A stretch of DNA of 64,000 nt from a virus (lineage: Duplodnaviria > Heunggongvirae > Uroviricota > Caudoviricetes): the IMG/VR virus record IMGVR_UViG_3300028048_000043, one strand, 5' to 3'. Under the pieces are notes generated by a model, which ran no database searches, was not told the DNA's origin, and was given only the letters and a program-made list of their open reading frames with translations. This document shows positions 39,050 to 48,973 of this stretch, piece by piece (position 1 is the stretch's first letter; each line of letters opens with the position of its first letter). A program made the translations under genes and the position numbers.

Positions 39050-39593
39050 GTGATCTGTTGAATATGTTTGACGGTGCGTCTACGGACGTGTGTTCAAATT
39101 CAAGGCGCTCATAATCCTTTACTTCGTATCCGCGCAAAGAAAGAATCTGCTTATTCGGAAATACCCGGACGTATCTTTTGTAATTAGTAACGTTTAGATT
39201 GTAGAACTTCCTCATGTCTGCAATCTTGTTCTCCGTAATAGCAAGTTCGTTCATTAGTTCCTGATAATTCTTTTGGGATTTCAGGTCTGGATAACGCTCA
39301 GCGACGGCAGCGACAAGAGTTTTTATTTCGTTTGTTGTCGAGATATCACCGGTTCCGCGAGCTTTGATAACATCGACAAGAGTCTCGTATTCGTGCTTAT
39401 CGTATTCCTTGACGCAATCAACAAGGTTCGGGATGAGATCGAAGCGGCGCTTCTCCTCAACACGGATGTTTCCGGCGGTATTTTCAATTGATTCCTCGTA
39501 GGCAATAGCCTTGTTCTCTACACCCATTACGATAAAAATTCCAGTAAGGATTACGGCTGCAACAGCAGCGATAATGATAAGTGCTTTTTTCAT
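39042..39593 (-). CDS. lemA: LemA family protein
   Basis: N-terminal TM; RRFDLIPNLVDCVKEY...YPDLKS...ELAITENKIADMRKFYN..V.NY...VRVFPN. Confidence 0.92.
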   Translation of the reverse strand: MKKALIIIAAVAAVILTGIFIVMGVENKAIAYEESIENTAGNIRVEEKRRFDLIPNLVDCVKEYDKHEYETLVDVIKARGTGDISTTNEIKTLVAAVAERYPDLKSQKNYQELMNELAITENKIADMRKFYNLNVTNYKRYVRVFPNKQILSLRGYEVKDYERLEFEHTSVDAPSNIFNRSHE

Positions 39594-39621
39594 TGTTTTA
39601 CTTTTTTATTGTTATTGTTTT

Positions 39622-40344
39622 TTAATCTTCCAACCAATCATTCTCTATGTAATAGAACAAGACAACGAGACCTGCCGTTAAAATCATCCATAGAACCCAA
39701 AAAATAATTGGCGCCCTGTTTATATCCTTTTCAGCAGAATCGACAATCTTATCTATCGTAGCGTTTCTTGTAAATTCAAGGTCGTTGTACGATTTGTTGT
39801 CAGCTACACCAGTCATAACTCCTTCAACAACTGCCGGGTGTACTCTATACACATATCTTACATGAGAAGATTCGTTTATTGTTTTTAAGTAATCAAGTCG
39901 TGAATAATATTTTATTGAACTTAAATTAAAAGTTTTACTTAAAAAACGAACGCGATTTGAAGAATAATTCCATCTGTCTTTTTCATCCCAAGTCCAATAT
40001 GTTTCTATCCTTGTGGTTGTTGTCTTTCCGTTAGATACGACAACTGTTCTTGTGTGCATAGTATAGACTTCCTTCACCTTTCTAATCATAAGAAAGTTTC
40101 CTGGTATGTCTCGTATGGAAACAGGATCATCTGCAATGAGCTTTCCTTCGGCGAGGAAATCTCCAACGTTTGTTCTTTCTATGTAACTAAACTTTTCAGG
40201 ATCTGTCACCTTTGTGCTCGACGTCACCTTCATTGCGTTGTTCAGAACCTTTCCGGTTATAGCGTTACCGATTGGTATTCCTATCCCAATCATGATAGCA
40301 ATTATAACAGTGCTGAATATTATTTCGCGTTTTGTAATTTCCAT
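39622..40344 (-). CDS. membrane protein with N- and C-terminal TM segments, 240 aa (LemA-adjacent)
   Basis: Hydrophobic ends flanking a soluble domain. Confidence 0.85.
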   Translation of the reverse strand: MEITKREIIFSTVIIAIMIGIGIPIGNAITGKVLNNAMKVTSSTKVTDPEKFSYIERTNVGDFLAEGKLIADDPVSIRDIPGNFLMIRKVKEVYTMHTRTVVVSNGKTTTTRIETYWTWDEKDRWNYSSNRVRFLSKTFNLSSIKYYSRLDYLKTINESSHVRYVYRVHPAVVEGVMTGVADNKSYNDLEFTRNATIDKIVDSAEKDINRAPIIFWVLWMILTAGLVVLFYYIENDWLED

Positions 40345-40445
40345 TTAATATAATCTTGGATTGCTCGGATTTGTAATCAGTCTGTTTTGTATTGTTTTTC
40401 TACTATGCAAATATACGAATTGTTTTTTACAATTCCAAATATTTT

Positions 40446-41054
40446 TTACAAATCATAGTATGGCAGAAGATCAACATCGTTAATCTTTTTGTAGCAATCA
40501 GCAACGCCCAGCTTGTATGCATTTTGAACATCTTTCCATGTAGGAACTTCTTTCTCCCAATCATTTGAAAGTTTATATGCACAGTCATAAGCTGCCTCGT
40601 TTACACTCATATATGCAGGAACGCTTAATCCAAGCTTTTCCGCATCTTGATCTTCTATTACTTTTCCGTTCGAATCATAATATATTAACCGCTTGAAATC
40701 CTTTATAAATCTTTCTGTTCCAAGAGCTTTCATGTATTGTTCGTCTGTGTCTTCAGCTCCGGTGCCAATAACAGTTTCTTCCTCTCTGCTTTCACACATA
40801 AAATCATGACACCCGTCGCACTGCCCGTTACATCCGTTCGGCGGAAGAATTTCAACAAGATCAGCCGGAAGTCTCATCCACCTATTACCTCTTTTTATCT
40901 CTACAACTTCTTTTCCGTTGTTAACGTTTGGGTAAGTTGCGAACCGTTCGATGTACCACAACTCATCAAGTTTTGGGGTATCAATATCAAACAGACGTTT
41001 ATGTTGTTCAATGTAAGTTATCGCTTCCTTTTTAAGTAAAACTTGTCTACTCAT
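40446..41054 (-). CDS. hypothetical protein, about 202 aa
   Basis: ORF with an internal Cys cluster. Confidence 0.75.
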   Translation of the reverse strand: MSRQVLLKKEAITYIEQHKRLFDIDTPKLDELWYIERFATYPNVNNGKEVVEIKRGNRWMRLPADLVEILPPNGCNGQCDGCHDFMCESREEETVIGTGAEDTDEQYMKALGTERFIKDFKRLIYYDSNGKVIEDQDAEKLGLSVPAYMSVNEAAYDCAYKLSNDWEKEVPTWKDVQNAYKLGVADCYKKINDVDLLPYYDL

Positions 41055-41070
41055 ATTTCTATTGTTATTT

Positions 41071-41346
41071 TTATCGAGGAACGTATGCTGGTGCTGCGTC
41101 ACATTCTTCTTTTGTTGCATATGCTGAATTTGCTCCGAGGTCTCCTTCGATATTGGTTAAAGGTGATCCGTCTTCAGTGTGATAGATAATCAGTTTACTG
41201 ATTCTCCGCTCACCTTTAGAGTTAACATATTCGTTTACCATAGCCTGGATGTCCCTGACTGTTGTTTCGCGAGCTTCGTTGGTAACGAGATTTTTATGCC
41301 AGACTTTATCCCCTATTGAAAATTTGGCTTCTATTTCGTACTTCAT
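41071..41346 (-). CDS. hypothetical protein, 91 aa (KFSIGDKVW family)
   Basis: Shared motif. Confidence 0.8.
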   Translation of the reverse strand: MKYEIEAKFSIGDKVWHKNLVTNEARETTVRDIQAMVNEYVNSKGERRISKLIIYHTEDGSPLTNIEGDLGANSAYATKEECDAAPAYVPR

Positions 41347-41357
41347 ATCAATTAGCT

Positions 41358-41621
41358 TTAGCTTACATTCAATCGGTCGAGTTCGGCAGCTATAAACGCT
41401 CCGGCTTTTTTCAATGACTCCTCGTACCCTTCATATTTGTAATACTCTTTTTCGAACGGCCAATCTTCGTCTCCGACAGATTCACCATACAGCGCCGCAT
41501 TGATGTACGCTAACGCACCATACACAAGCTCCTTTCCTGTGTGTGCAGCGTCATGTCCTGGAGTATAACCTTTTGCGATTTGTTTGTCTCTTTCTTGAGA
41601 AATTTTTTCTATTCCTGTCAT
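41358..41621 (-). CDS. conserved phage protein, 87 aa (ERxxQ..GYT..HD...WP...AGAFIAAELDRL)
   Basis: Recognisable widespread phage family; function not assigned. Confidence 0.75.
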   Translation of the reverse strand: MTGIEKISQERDKQIAKGYTPGHDAAHTGKELVYGALAYINAALYGESVGDEDWPFEKEYYKYEGYEESLKKAGAFIAAELDRLNVS

Positions 41622-41669
41622 ATTATTAATTTTTTATTTTATACGCACTCTATTTAATAAATTGTTGCA

Positions 41670-41999
41670 TTATTCGTAAGCTATTTTTGTTTCTTTTCTT
41701 TCCAGTGAAGCATCTAGTCTAACTTTCAGAATTTCGAACGCAGTCTCAATGTCAGGAACATCTGCCGTGTTTACTGGACTAAGGTGATCCCTGTAAAATT
41801 CGATATCAACTTTGTCTTTGCTCATCTGTTTTTCAACAACTTCTGAAAACAACGTAGTCTTGTTGCTGAAAGGATCGTCAATCTTGAACATTGACTTGTA
41901 ACAAACACACAGTTTGTTCCAAGCAGTAACGTGAAGTTGGAGAGAATAATGGTTATCGTTATACTCAATAACCTTCGGTAATGATTCGATGTTAATCAT
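41670..41999 (-). CDS. hypothetical protein, 109 aa
   Basis: In operon. Confidence 0.75.
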   Translation of the reverse strand: MINIESLPKVIEYNDNHYSLQLHVTAWNKLCVCYKSMFKIDDPFSNKTTLFSEVVEKQMSKDKVDIEFYRDHLSPVNTADVPDIETAFEILKVRLDASLERKETKIAYE

Positions 42000-42003
42000 A
42001 CGT

Positions 42004-42282
42004 TTACATGTTTATAATCAATGAATCAGTAGGTATAAAAATCTTTGGTTTCGCTGATTTTCTTTCGCAATCAATCAGTTTATCAAAAAGATGGTCAATT
42101 GTCTGACACAAAACGTCTATCGGACCGCCGTCTGAGCAGAATACATCCATGAAAATTTTCTCAAAATCTTCCTCTCTTATATTTCCAACACCGGCATCAA
42201 TCAGCCGCTTTCTAAATTCAGGTATGTACCCAAGTTTCATAACCTCTTCGGTCATACATCTATAGCTACTCTTTTGTTTCAT
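42004..42282 (-). CDS. hypothetical protein, 92 aa
   Basis: In operon. Confidence 0.75.
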   Translation of the reverse strand: MKQKSSYRCMTEEVMKLGYIPEFRKRLIDAGVGNIREEDFEKIFMDVFCSDGGPIDVLCQTIDHLFDKLIDCERKSAKPKIFIPTDSLIINM

Positions 42283-42333
42283 ACGTAAAATTATCAGGAA
42301 AATGTTAGATATTTTGCTTATATCCGGAAAACT

Positions 42334-42780
42334 TTAGATATCTTCTGTGCAACCGTCTTCTCGAACGCCGATAAAATTTAGGAATTCTGGATTAAAATTT
42401 TCTTTTGTCATCTCTCTCCATTTCACAGGATTATTTTCTCGTGAACAGACGACGAATTTACCTGCATTCTTACCACGATTTACCTTGTAAAATCTTACAT
42501 ATTTGAACCATCCAGACGGATCAGAAACAGTTCTGAATTCCATGAACCTCCAGCTGCCTTTCCCACCCGTGATCGTTTCAAGGCTTTTAATGAAACTTTT
42601 TATTTCATCACGGTCGATAAGGTAATCATTTTTGTAGAATACACTAGTTAGTTCTTTGTGTTTTCCATCTTTCAAGTCGAGAACTTCATTGTTCTGCGTT
42701 ACATGAAAATCTCTCGTATCGACATGTATCTGTTCGGTGTCGTCTAATACGTTGAAGTCGTCTATATAAATCCAAGCCAT
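42334..42780 (-). CDS. hypothetical protein, 148 aa
   Basis: In operon. Confidence 0.8.
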   Translation of the reverse strand: MAWIYIDDFNVLDDTEQIHVDTRDFHVTQNNEVLDLKDGKHKELTSVFYKNDYLIDRDEIKSFIKSLETITGGKGSWRFMEFRTVSDPSGWFKYVRFYKVNRGKNAGKFVVCSRENNPVKWREMTKENFNPEFLNFIGVREDGCTEDI

Positions 42781-42781
42781 A

Positions 42782-43732
42782 TTATTTTTGCATCATTAAA
42801 TTGATAAGTTCGTTGTACTTTTCCTCCGCGCTCTCCTTGGTCAAGGAAAAAAGTTTCACCTTATTTTTGATGAATTTCCTGATAATAATAAGATCAATAA
42901 AGTGCGTTATACGCGTAAATCTCATAGATGCTGTCCTCCACCACTCAGGCTTACGGTTTCCATAAACCTTTTCCTTTCCGAATGCATCTTGAAGTTCGTT
43001 CTCAACAAACCGTCTCAAGATTTCAAAATTCTTGATTTTACAGTCATCGTCTAAGATGAGTTTCATGGCACGTTTAATAGTCGCATTGTTTTTTCTTACA
43101 CAATATCTGAACATGTGTATACCGGAAACGTACAAGTTGCAATACTCACCGCCCCTTATACTTTTGTCTTTTTTAAGATACTGAAGCCTCCAAGATTCGG
43201 AAACATACGTTCCATCTTCTTTATACACCGGATAAACCTCGATGAACGGACGCATTATTCCAAATCCGAGGATCGGATGAAGGTATATGCCGTAAGATTT
43301 CTCTCGTTCGAGTTTGCATGCAAAAGTATTGAGAGCGTTAGTGTAATAGTTTTTCTGAGATTCACAGATAAGCTCCCAGGCGCCTTCCCTCCACTCTCTC
43401 GTTCCGTCTTCCTTTTCAACGAAACAATATTCACTATTGTAGAAAGTTTCCCCTCCGTCGTCAAAAAAACTTTTTCCGTTCCACAGCCAAACTTTCCCGA
43501 ATTTGCATTCCGGATTTACGCAATAGAGCGCAGGTTTCTCAGATGGAGTTCCATTTGGATTTGACACATGTTCACACATAGTCTCCAAACGTTTTTTTCC
43601 TTTCTCCACAAGAGGTTGTCCGCAGAACGGGCAGCAGGGAACGCCTTCTACCAACGGTTTAACTATTGTTTTGTTTGGTTTCTCGCTGTGAACCAAAGGA
43701 TATCTTTTCAGAAATTCTACAAACTTTTTCAT
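42782..43732 (-). CDS. hypothetical protein with N-terminal Zn-finger, 316 aa
   Basis: CPFC...CVNPEC. Confidence 0.85.
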   Translation of the reverse strand: MKKFVEFLKRYPLVHSEKPNKTIVKPLVEGVPCCPFCGQPLVEKGKKRLETMCEHVSNPNGTPSEKPALYCVNPECKFGKVWLWNGKSFFDDGGETFYNSEYCFVEKEDGTREWREGAWELICESQKNYYTNALNTFACKLEREKSYGIYLHPILGFGIMRPFIEVYPVYKEDGTYVSESWRLQYLKKDKSIRGGEYCNLYVSGIHMFRYCVRKNNATIKRAMKLILDDDCKIKNFEILRRFVENELQDAFGKEKVYGNRKPEWWRTASMRFTRITHFIDLIIIRKFIKNKVKLFSLTKESAEEKYNELINLMMQK

Positions 43733-43738
43733 TATTTT

Positions 43739-44095
43739 TTATTTTTTAAGGTCATCAATCTTTTTCATCATGATTGCGCGTTCTTCCTCAAACTCGCGAT
43801 TTACTTTCTCAGCAAACTCTTTGTTAACTTTCTCACGGAATATATTGAAAACTTTTGCTCCAGTGTAGACGGATGCATCATAAATTTCGTTGTCAGCTTC
43901 GGTTATTACTTCTTCATTGATTCCATATCCCATACCATCGTCTTCCAAAAGTCTAGGATATGCATCAAGGAGTTCATTATTAGCGTCTATTGAAAACTTT
44001 CCATCCTTCTCTTCAAACCCTAGTTCTGTGAGAATCTCTCTAAGGGTTTTCGCATAAACCGGCCAGCCCTGAAAATCTTTACCTATTATCTGCAT
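43739..44095 (-). CDS. hypothetical protein, 118 aa
   Basis: Start moved to avoid overlap. Confidence 0.75.
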   Translation of the reverse strand: MQIIGKDFQGWPVYAKTLREILTELGFEEKDGKFSIDANNELLDAYPRLLEDDGMGYGINEEVITEADNEIYDASVYTGAKVFNIFREKVNKEFAEKVNREFEEERAIMMKKIDDLKK

Positions 44096-44097
44096 AA

Positions 44098-44583
44098 TTA
44101 TTCTGAAAACATTTTCTTTGCCATTCTGTTCATTTCTGCATACGTCATCGATTTCGGCATTTCGTTTCTGAACATACACCCAATCCTTCGCATTCCTTTT
44201 CCGTATTTAGGTGGAATCAGTTCTATCTGTTCTTTTGACAGGCATCCAAGTATTCCAAGCACAGTATAAACAATTGCTTCCTCATAAGTGTTTTCGTAAA
44301 AATGCATTCTGTGTTCTATTTGATCGAGAAACGATGAATGCGAACACAACCAGAAATTGTTCTTTTTGTCGTTTTCATCGAGGAAACTATAAATTTCATC
44401 CAGACACATCAGCATATATTTACAGATATCCCTCGGTTTCATGCCAGGCCACACGATATATTTGTTGTCGTGTTCAAGGCATTTCTTGAGATCTTCAAAC
44501 ACGTTATCTGTTCTTTCGTACCAACATTTTGCATAAAGAACGACGTCGTTGAAATGAAATTTGTCAGGAGTAATCTTTTTCAT
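44098..44583 (-). CDS. hypothetical protein, 161 aa
   Basis: In operon. Confidence 0.8.
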   Translation of the reverse strand: MKKITPDKFHFNDVVLYAKCWYERTDNVFEDLKKCLEHDNKYIVWPGMKPRDICKYMLMCLDEIYSFLDENDKKNNFWLCSHSSFLDQIEHRMHFYENTYEEAIVYTVLGILGCLSKEQIELIPPKYGKGMRRIGCMFRNEMPKSMTYAEMNRMAKKMFSE

Positions 44584-44587
44584 TTAG

Positions 44588-44803
44588 TTACGCTTTATAT
44601 GTTGCTTCATAATGTTCGATAGCACGCTTAAGCATGAACGAAACGTTTGATATTTCATCGTTTCTGTCGTTTTCAGGAACAGTGTCGATTACATTGTTCA
44701 GCGAATAAACTTCTCTGATTGTGAGAGGAATATCGTACTGAAAATCTTCAGTTACATCACCAAACCTAAAAAAATCAGTAATCTTTGATAAAATCTTTTT
44801 CAT
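44588..44803 (-). CDS. hypothetical protein, 71 aa
   Basis: Promoter near 44823. Confidence 0.75.
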   Translation of the reverse strand: MKKILSKITDFFRFGDVTEDFQYDIPLTIREVYSLNNVIDTVPENDRNDEISNVSFMLKRAIEHYEATYKA

Positions 44804-44885
44804 GTCTTTTTGTTCTTCTTTGCAAATATAGGATCTTTTTTTCAATTTTCCAAATACAAAGAAAAATTCCAAGCGAACTTGGAAT

Positions 44886-45422
44886 TTATGGCAATATTGT
44901 TTTTACGTTTGCTGCGAGATATTCAATCAACTCGTCCTTAGTTCTGAAAATCTCACATTCGTTATACATCTTACTTTGTGATGCATCAAGTTTATATCTG
45001 ATTTCTTTTTCTGTCCAACTAAGGTTGTCGTAGATTGACAAACTTATTGCTGTCGGTGAAGACTCCATGATCTTTTTTCCATCAGCATAAAACAAACGAT
45101 CGCCAAAATTATACTTCGTTTCATATTCCAAATAGTCATCGAAGTCTGTTTTGACTTTACTGTCCTTAGCCAACATAGGGTGATATAACTTTAATTCGTC
45201 AAGTGTCTTAAAAACGTATTCGGCTTCCAAAGACGCAAGAGAAACAGACGAACCTTTTTCATTCTTCTCGTCACTCAGACTAAAGAAGACGTTCGATTTC
45301 TGTTCGTTTTCGTTTACTGAATAAGCATATAAAGAAACGAAACCAACGGAAGTCTTATAAAAACTCCCGTTATAGAATACATATATCACGTCTCCTGGTT
45401 TAAATCTTGTTAGAAATTTCAT
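44886..45422 (-). CDS. hypothetical protein with an internally duplicated KFxxGD...FxTxxEL domain, 178 aa
   Basis: TRFKPGDVIY...VFKTLDEL and TKYNFGDRLF...IFRTKDEL. Confidence 0.85.
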   Translation of the reverse strand: MKFLTRFKPGDVIYVFYNGSFYKTSVGFVSLYAYSVNENEQKSNVFFSLSDEKNEKGSSVSLASLEAEYVFKTLDELKLYHPMLAKDSKVKTDFDDYLEYETKYNFGDRLFYADGKKIMESSPTAISLSIYDNLSWTEKEIRYKLDASQSKMYNECEIFRTKDELIEYLAANVKTILP

Positions 45423-45437
45423 TTCACATATTGTTCT

Positions 45438-45680
45438 TTATTTTAAAGCGGCATAAAACTCTTCAAGTTCTCTCTTGGACAACTCTTCAAGAGGATACAC
45501 GAACTGCTCTCCTATGGCACATAGTTCTCCGTCATCCATTCCGATTCCGATAACCTTTTCCATCAGTTTCTTTTTGTCGTCCGTGAACTTATACCAGATC
45601 TGAAAATCTTTCTTTGTGTTGGTCGCACCGTTCTTATCATAGAACCTGACGAGCTTGTTTATTGTTTCTTGTTTTGTCAT
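45438..45680 (-). CDS. hypothetical protein, 80 aa
   Basis: Promoter near 45700. Confidence 0.75.
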   Translation of the reverse strand: MTKQETINKLVRFYDKNGATNTKKDFQIWYKFTDDKKKLMEKVIGIGMDDGELCAIGEQFVYPLEELSKRELEEFYAALK

Positions 45681-45746
45681 AACCAATTCTTTTGTTTTGG
45701 CAAATATATGAAATAAATTTCAAAAATACAAATTATAGATTACTTT

Positions 45747-46202
45747 TTATTCCATAGTTTTTTTGTTCTCTTCGCTTGGCTCGCCTTCCATTTTAGCAGA
45801 AACCCTAAGGATTTCATCATAGAAAAGCAGAGCAGTTGCTGCGGCATGTGTCGCTATGAGAAGCGTAGCGTTGCCGGTTTCCTTCGCATCCGATGCAAAA
45901 GATGTACGCACACCATCAATAAGTTTGTTTGCGAGAGCTGCGTCAACCTCCTCCATCTTTGCTGAATCCTCCAGCTTGTCAGGAAGAACATCCTCGACAC
46001 TAAATCCGGAAACTTGAGAAAGCATTCCAGCTAAAGCCGTTTTTCCTTGGAACGAAAGATTTGCAATCAACAGGGCGGATTCCGCAGTTAATTCTTTAAC
46101 GAAATCTACTTCCGTCTTTTCGGATCCGTTCTGTGATGCTGCGTCGACTTGCTGCTTTTGCTCAGCTGTTGGAGCCGTATATTCTTTTTTATTTTTTGCC
46201 AT
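45747..46202 (-). CDS. hypothetical protein, 151 aa
   Basis: In operon after the sigma factor. Confidence 0.8.
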   Translation of the reverse strand: MAKNKKEYTAPTAEQKQQVDAASQNGSEKTEVDFVKELTAESALLIANLSFQGKTALAGMLSQVSGFSVEDVLPDKLEDSAKMEEVDAALANKLIDGVRTSFASDAKETGNATLLIATHAAATALLFYDEILRVSAKMEGEPSEENKKTME

Positions 46203-46222
46203 ATTATGTTCTTTGTTTAGAT

Positions 46223-46618
46223 TTAAAACACATCGTCATATTTGAGACCGTGCCCAATTTTATTGACGAACCATCTGTTCCTCCAAGCATACTCGTGGAG
46301 CATGTTGGCGCGTTCATCGCAGGCGGCCGCAAGTTTAACGTATTTGCTAGAAAGCTTTTTGAGGAAGTTTTCCGCCAATTCATAAGCCTTGTTTTCAGCA
46401 CGAGCGGCGGAAATCTTCTGACCGATACGCTCATCAAATTTGTCTTCTGGACTACACTTCGCGAATGCCGTTGTAACGAACTCCTTGCTCACCAAGTCAT
46501 CTACATGGAGAGTGGATGTAATCGTTGCATAGATCACGTTGTCCTTTGTTTTGTAAGTCTTCGTGTTAAACGTAAGATTTACGTCGCCGAGATAAAAATA
46601 CTTTCTTTTCTTTTTCAT
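46223..46618 (-). CDS. hypothetical phage protein, 131 aa (AKCSPEDKFDERIGQKISAARA)
   Basis: In operon. Confidence 0.8.
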   Translation of the reverse strand: MKKKRKYFYLGDVNLTFNTKTYKTKDNVIYATITSTLHVDDLVSKEFVTTAFAKCSPEDKFDERIGQKISAARAENKAYELAENFLKKLSSKYVKLAAACDERANMLHEYAWRNRWFVNKIGHGLKYDDVF

Positions 46619-46622
46619 GATA

Positions 46623-47519
46623 TTAAGCTGTTAACATAAATTTACACTTCTTCATCTTGTTGATTGAATTTTTATATATCTGTCGCACTCTTGTAGCCGA
46701 TGTATTATATTTTTCGGCAACATCTTCTGCGCTTATTTCGTTTTCGTATCCTATTCCCATAATCATACACACAATGTCTCTGTCTCTGGCATTTAATACG
46801 GATAACACATTGGAAACTTTTCTTTTCATGTCCTCTTTTTCCATTTGATCCACAATCCCGTTCATGCTGCAAGTTTCGTCATTGAATTCCTTTGAATCGA
46901 GCAATGTATATTTCTCGTCAGTCGAATCGTCCTTCATTGAAGAGTTTACGGATTCAACAGAAATTTTAGATATAACATCTTTTTTCTTTATGTTAAATCC
47001 ATATTTTTCGTTAAGGATTTTCATCACTTCATCGTCCTCCGCTATCCTTCCGTTTTCATTAGCGAATATAGCTTCCCTGATTTCATTCGCCTTTGACATA
47101 AATTTCATATCCGTAGGGCGTTTTACGAGTGAAGATTCGTAAATGTAGTTTGACATATATTTCTTCACCCACCACGACGCATAAGTCGTAAAACGTATCC
47201 CTCTCGTGAAATCAAATCCATCAAATGCCTTCATCATTCCGATTACACCTTCCGTTGTCAAGTCCATTATCGTTTCCGGGGAAGACGAATGCCGTTTCGC
47301 GACGGCGTAAATAAGCCTAAGATTACTTAGAACTATCTTTTCTTTTATTTCTTGTTTGCGTTTTTCATCTGTCGTCGCTGTATATTCGCTCGTTAGCTCA
47401 GCTTCTTCATCCGCATTAAGTGGTTTGTATGTCCTTACAATATTAAGAAATCTCTCAACGCCGCTAGTCCAGTTTGTAATTGCTGATGTTGTTTTTAATG
47501 TAACGTCTTTCGGTTTCAT
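46623..47519 (-). CDS. second RNA polymerase sigma-70 family factor
   Basis: LNADEEAEL, NLRLIYAVAKR, EGVIGMMKAFDGFDFTRGIRFTTYASWWVK, LNARDRDIV...VAEKYNTSATRVRQI. Confidence 0.95.
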   Translation of the reverse strand: MKPKDVTLKTTSAITNWTSGVERFLNIVRTYKPLNADEEAELTSEYTATTDEKRKQEIKEKIVLSNLRLIYAVAKRHSSSPETIMDLTTEGVIGMMKAFDGFDFTRGIRFTTYASWWVKKYMSNYIYESSLVKRPTDMKFMSKANEIREAIFANENGRIAEDDEVMKILNEKYGFNIKKKDVISKISVESVNSSMKDDSTDEKYTLLDSKEFNDETCSMNGIVDQMEKEDMKRKVSNVLSVLNARDRDIVCMIMGIGYENEISAEDVAEKYNTSATRVRQIYKNSINKMKKCKFMLTA

Positions 47520-47763
47520 ACTTTCTCTTCAATATTCGTTGCAAATATAGAAAATAAATTTCAATCTGCCAAACTTTGTATGATGTTTTTTCGTTTTTTA
47601 AAAAACGAAAGCATGAAAAATAATAAATAAAATGAACAGAAAGTTTGGTTTCTCAACCAAATTAATTCTGCGTTTTATTTTTCTTTACTACTTTTCCTGG
47701 AGAGGCTCCGCAGTGATGTGTAGCCTCTTTTTTGCAAATATACGGATAATTTTCAAAATCATT

Positions 47764-48969
47764 TCACTGTTTTTGAGTGATAAGAATGTCGTATTCCCAT
47801 GGATACGGATATTCAAACCTTTCAATCATAGAATTTACAATTGACTCGGTCTTTTCACCGAAATCATCCTTACGGCGGCGTATATTTTCCTCAATACTTG
47901 GAGCTTCAACATATATGTAAACCCATCTAATTTTGTGAATTGGATCCAGCAACCGATGATAATCCATTCGGTATCCGAGTTTGAGATTCATATTGTCGAT
48001 GACGAACGACTTCCCCTCGCCCGCCAATTCAATCATCTTGTTGGTTAGAGCGGTCGATACTTCATCCTCCTGCTCTTTCGAAAGGATTTTCTTTTCTCCG
48101 GGTTTGCAATACCCAAGTTCAGCACGCATAATGTCTCTTGAGATTACAGGTAGACCGCTTATGTTAGGTAGACCGTCGATGTTGTGCTCCTTGATATATG
48201 TTGATTTTCCTGACCCAGCCATTCCAATCATAACGAATACATCAATAGGATCTTCGTCATTATCTTTCTTTTCGCACAAATCAAAAAGCTCATTATATTC
48301 TTCCATTCTTAAAGGATGATCGTACGAAATCCCACATTTAACATAAGGGAGATCGATCAACTTCGCCTGACGATTATACTTTTCGAAGAAAGTTTCATCG
48401 AATCGTATCGAACCCATCTCATCGCAAAGAGACAGCGCACACATCATGTCCCAGGTAACAAGAGAATCCCTATAGAAACAAGCGTCAAAATACGCGAGCT
48501 CTTTTTTTATTTTTAAAGGATCCTTATAGTTTGAAAGGTTGTGCATTACCATATGCTTACGAACCATAAAACACACCGCTTCGCGAACGTCTATGTCTTC
48601 GTCAAAAAGAAGACGACGCGCTATACCTGAGCCGATTTCTCCATGGAACGGGCATGTATAGTCTCCGTTTTTCTCGATTGTTGCTTGCGGTTTTCCGATA
48701 TCGTGAAATAATGCAGCGAGGAGAAACACTTTCCCGCACTTTGATCCTTTAATCGGAACGTGCTCAGAGAATCCACCATGAGACAAATACCAGATGGCGT
48801 TTTTAAGAACCATCTTAGTATGTTCAAGCGGGGACCCTTCTTTATGCCACTTCTTGGAGTGAGGACATGTTTCCATATCCTTGAACTCTTTTATTGTCAT
48901 TATGTTATCCCATATCGGCTCGTAGTATGAGTCGATCGTAGGAGACTTAAAAAAGAAATCGAATTTCAT
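47764..48969 (-). CDS. HD-domain phosphohydrolase plus AAA_33/PNK-like P-loop kinase fusion, 401 aa
   Basis: H...EHTKMV...AALFHDIGKP; C-terminal MIGMAGSGKSTY and VIDNMN. Confidence 0.85.
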   Translation of the reverse strand: MKFDFFFKSPTIDSYYEPIWDNIMTIKEFKDMETCPHSKKWHKEGSPLEHTKMVLKNAIWYLSHGGFSEHVPIKGSKCGKVFLLAALFHDIGKPQATIEKNGDYTCPFHGEIGSGIARRLLFDEDIDVREAVCFMVRKHMVMHNLSNYKDPLKIKKELAYFDACFYRDSLVTWDMMCALSLCDEMGSIRFDETFFEKYNRQAKLIDLPYVKCGISYDHPLRMEEYNELFDLCEKKDNDEDPIDVFVMIGMAGSGKSTYIKEHNIDGLPNISGLPVISRDIMRAELGYCKPGEKKILSKEQEDEVSTALTNKMIELAGEGKSFVIDNMNLKLGYRMDYHRLLDPIHKIRWVYIYVEAPSIEENIRRRKDDFGEKTESIVNSMIERFEYPYPWEYDILITQKQ

Positions 48970-48973
48970 ATTA

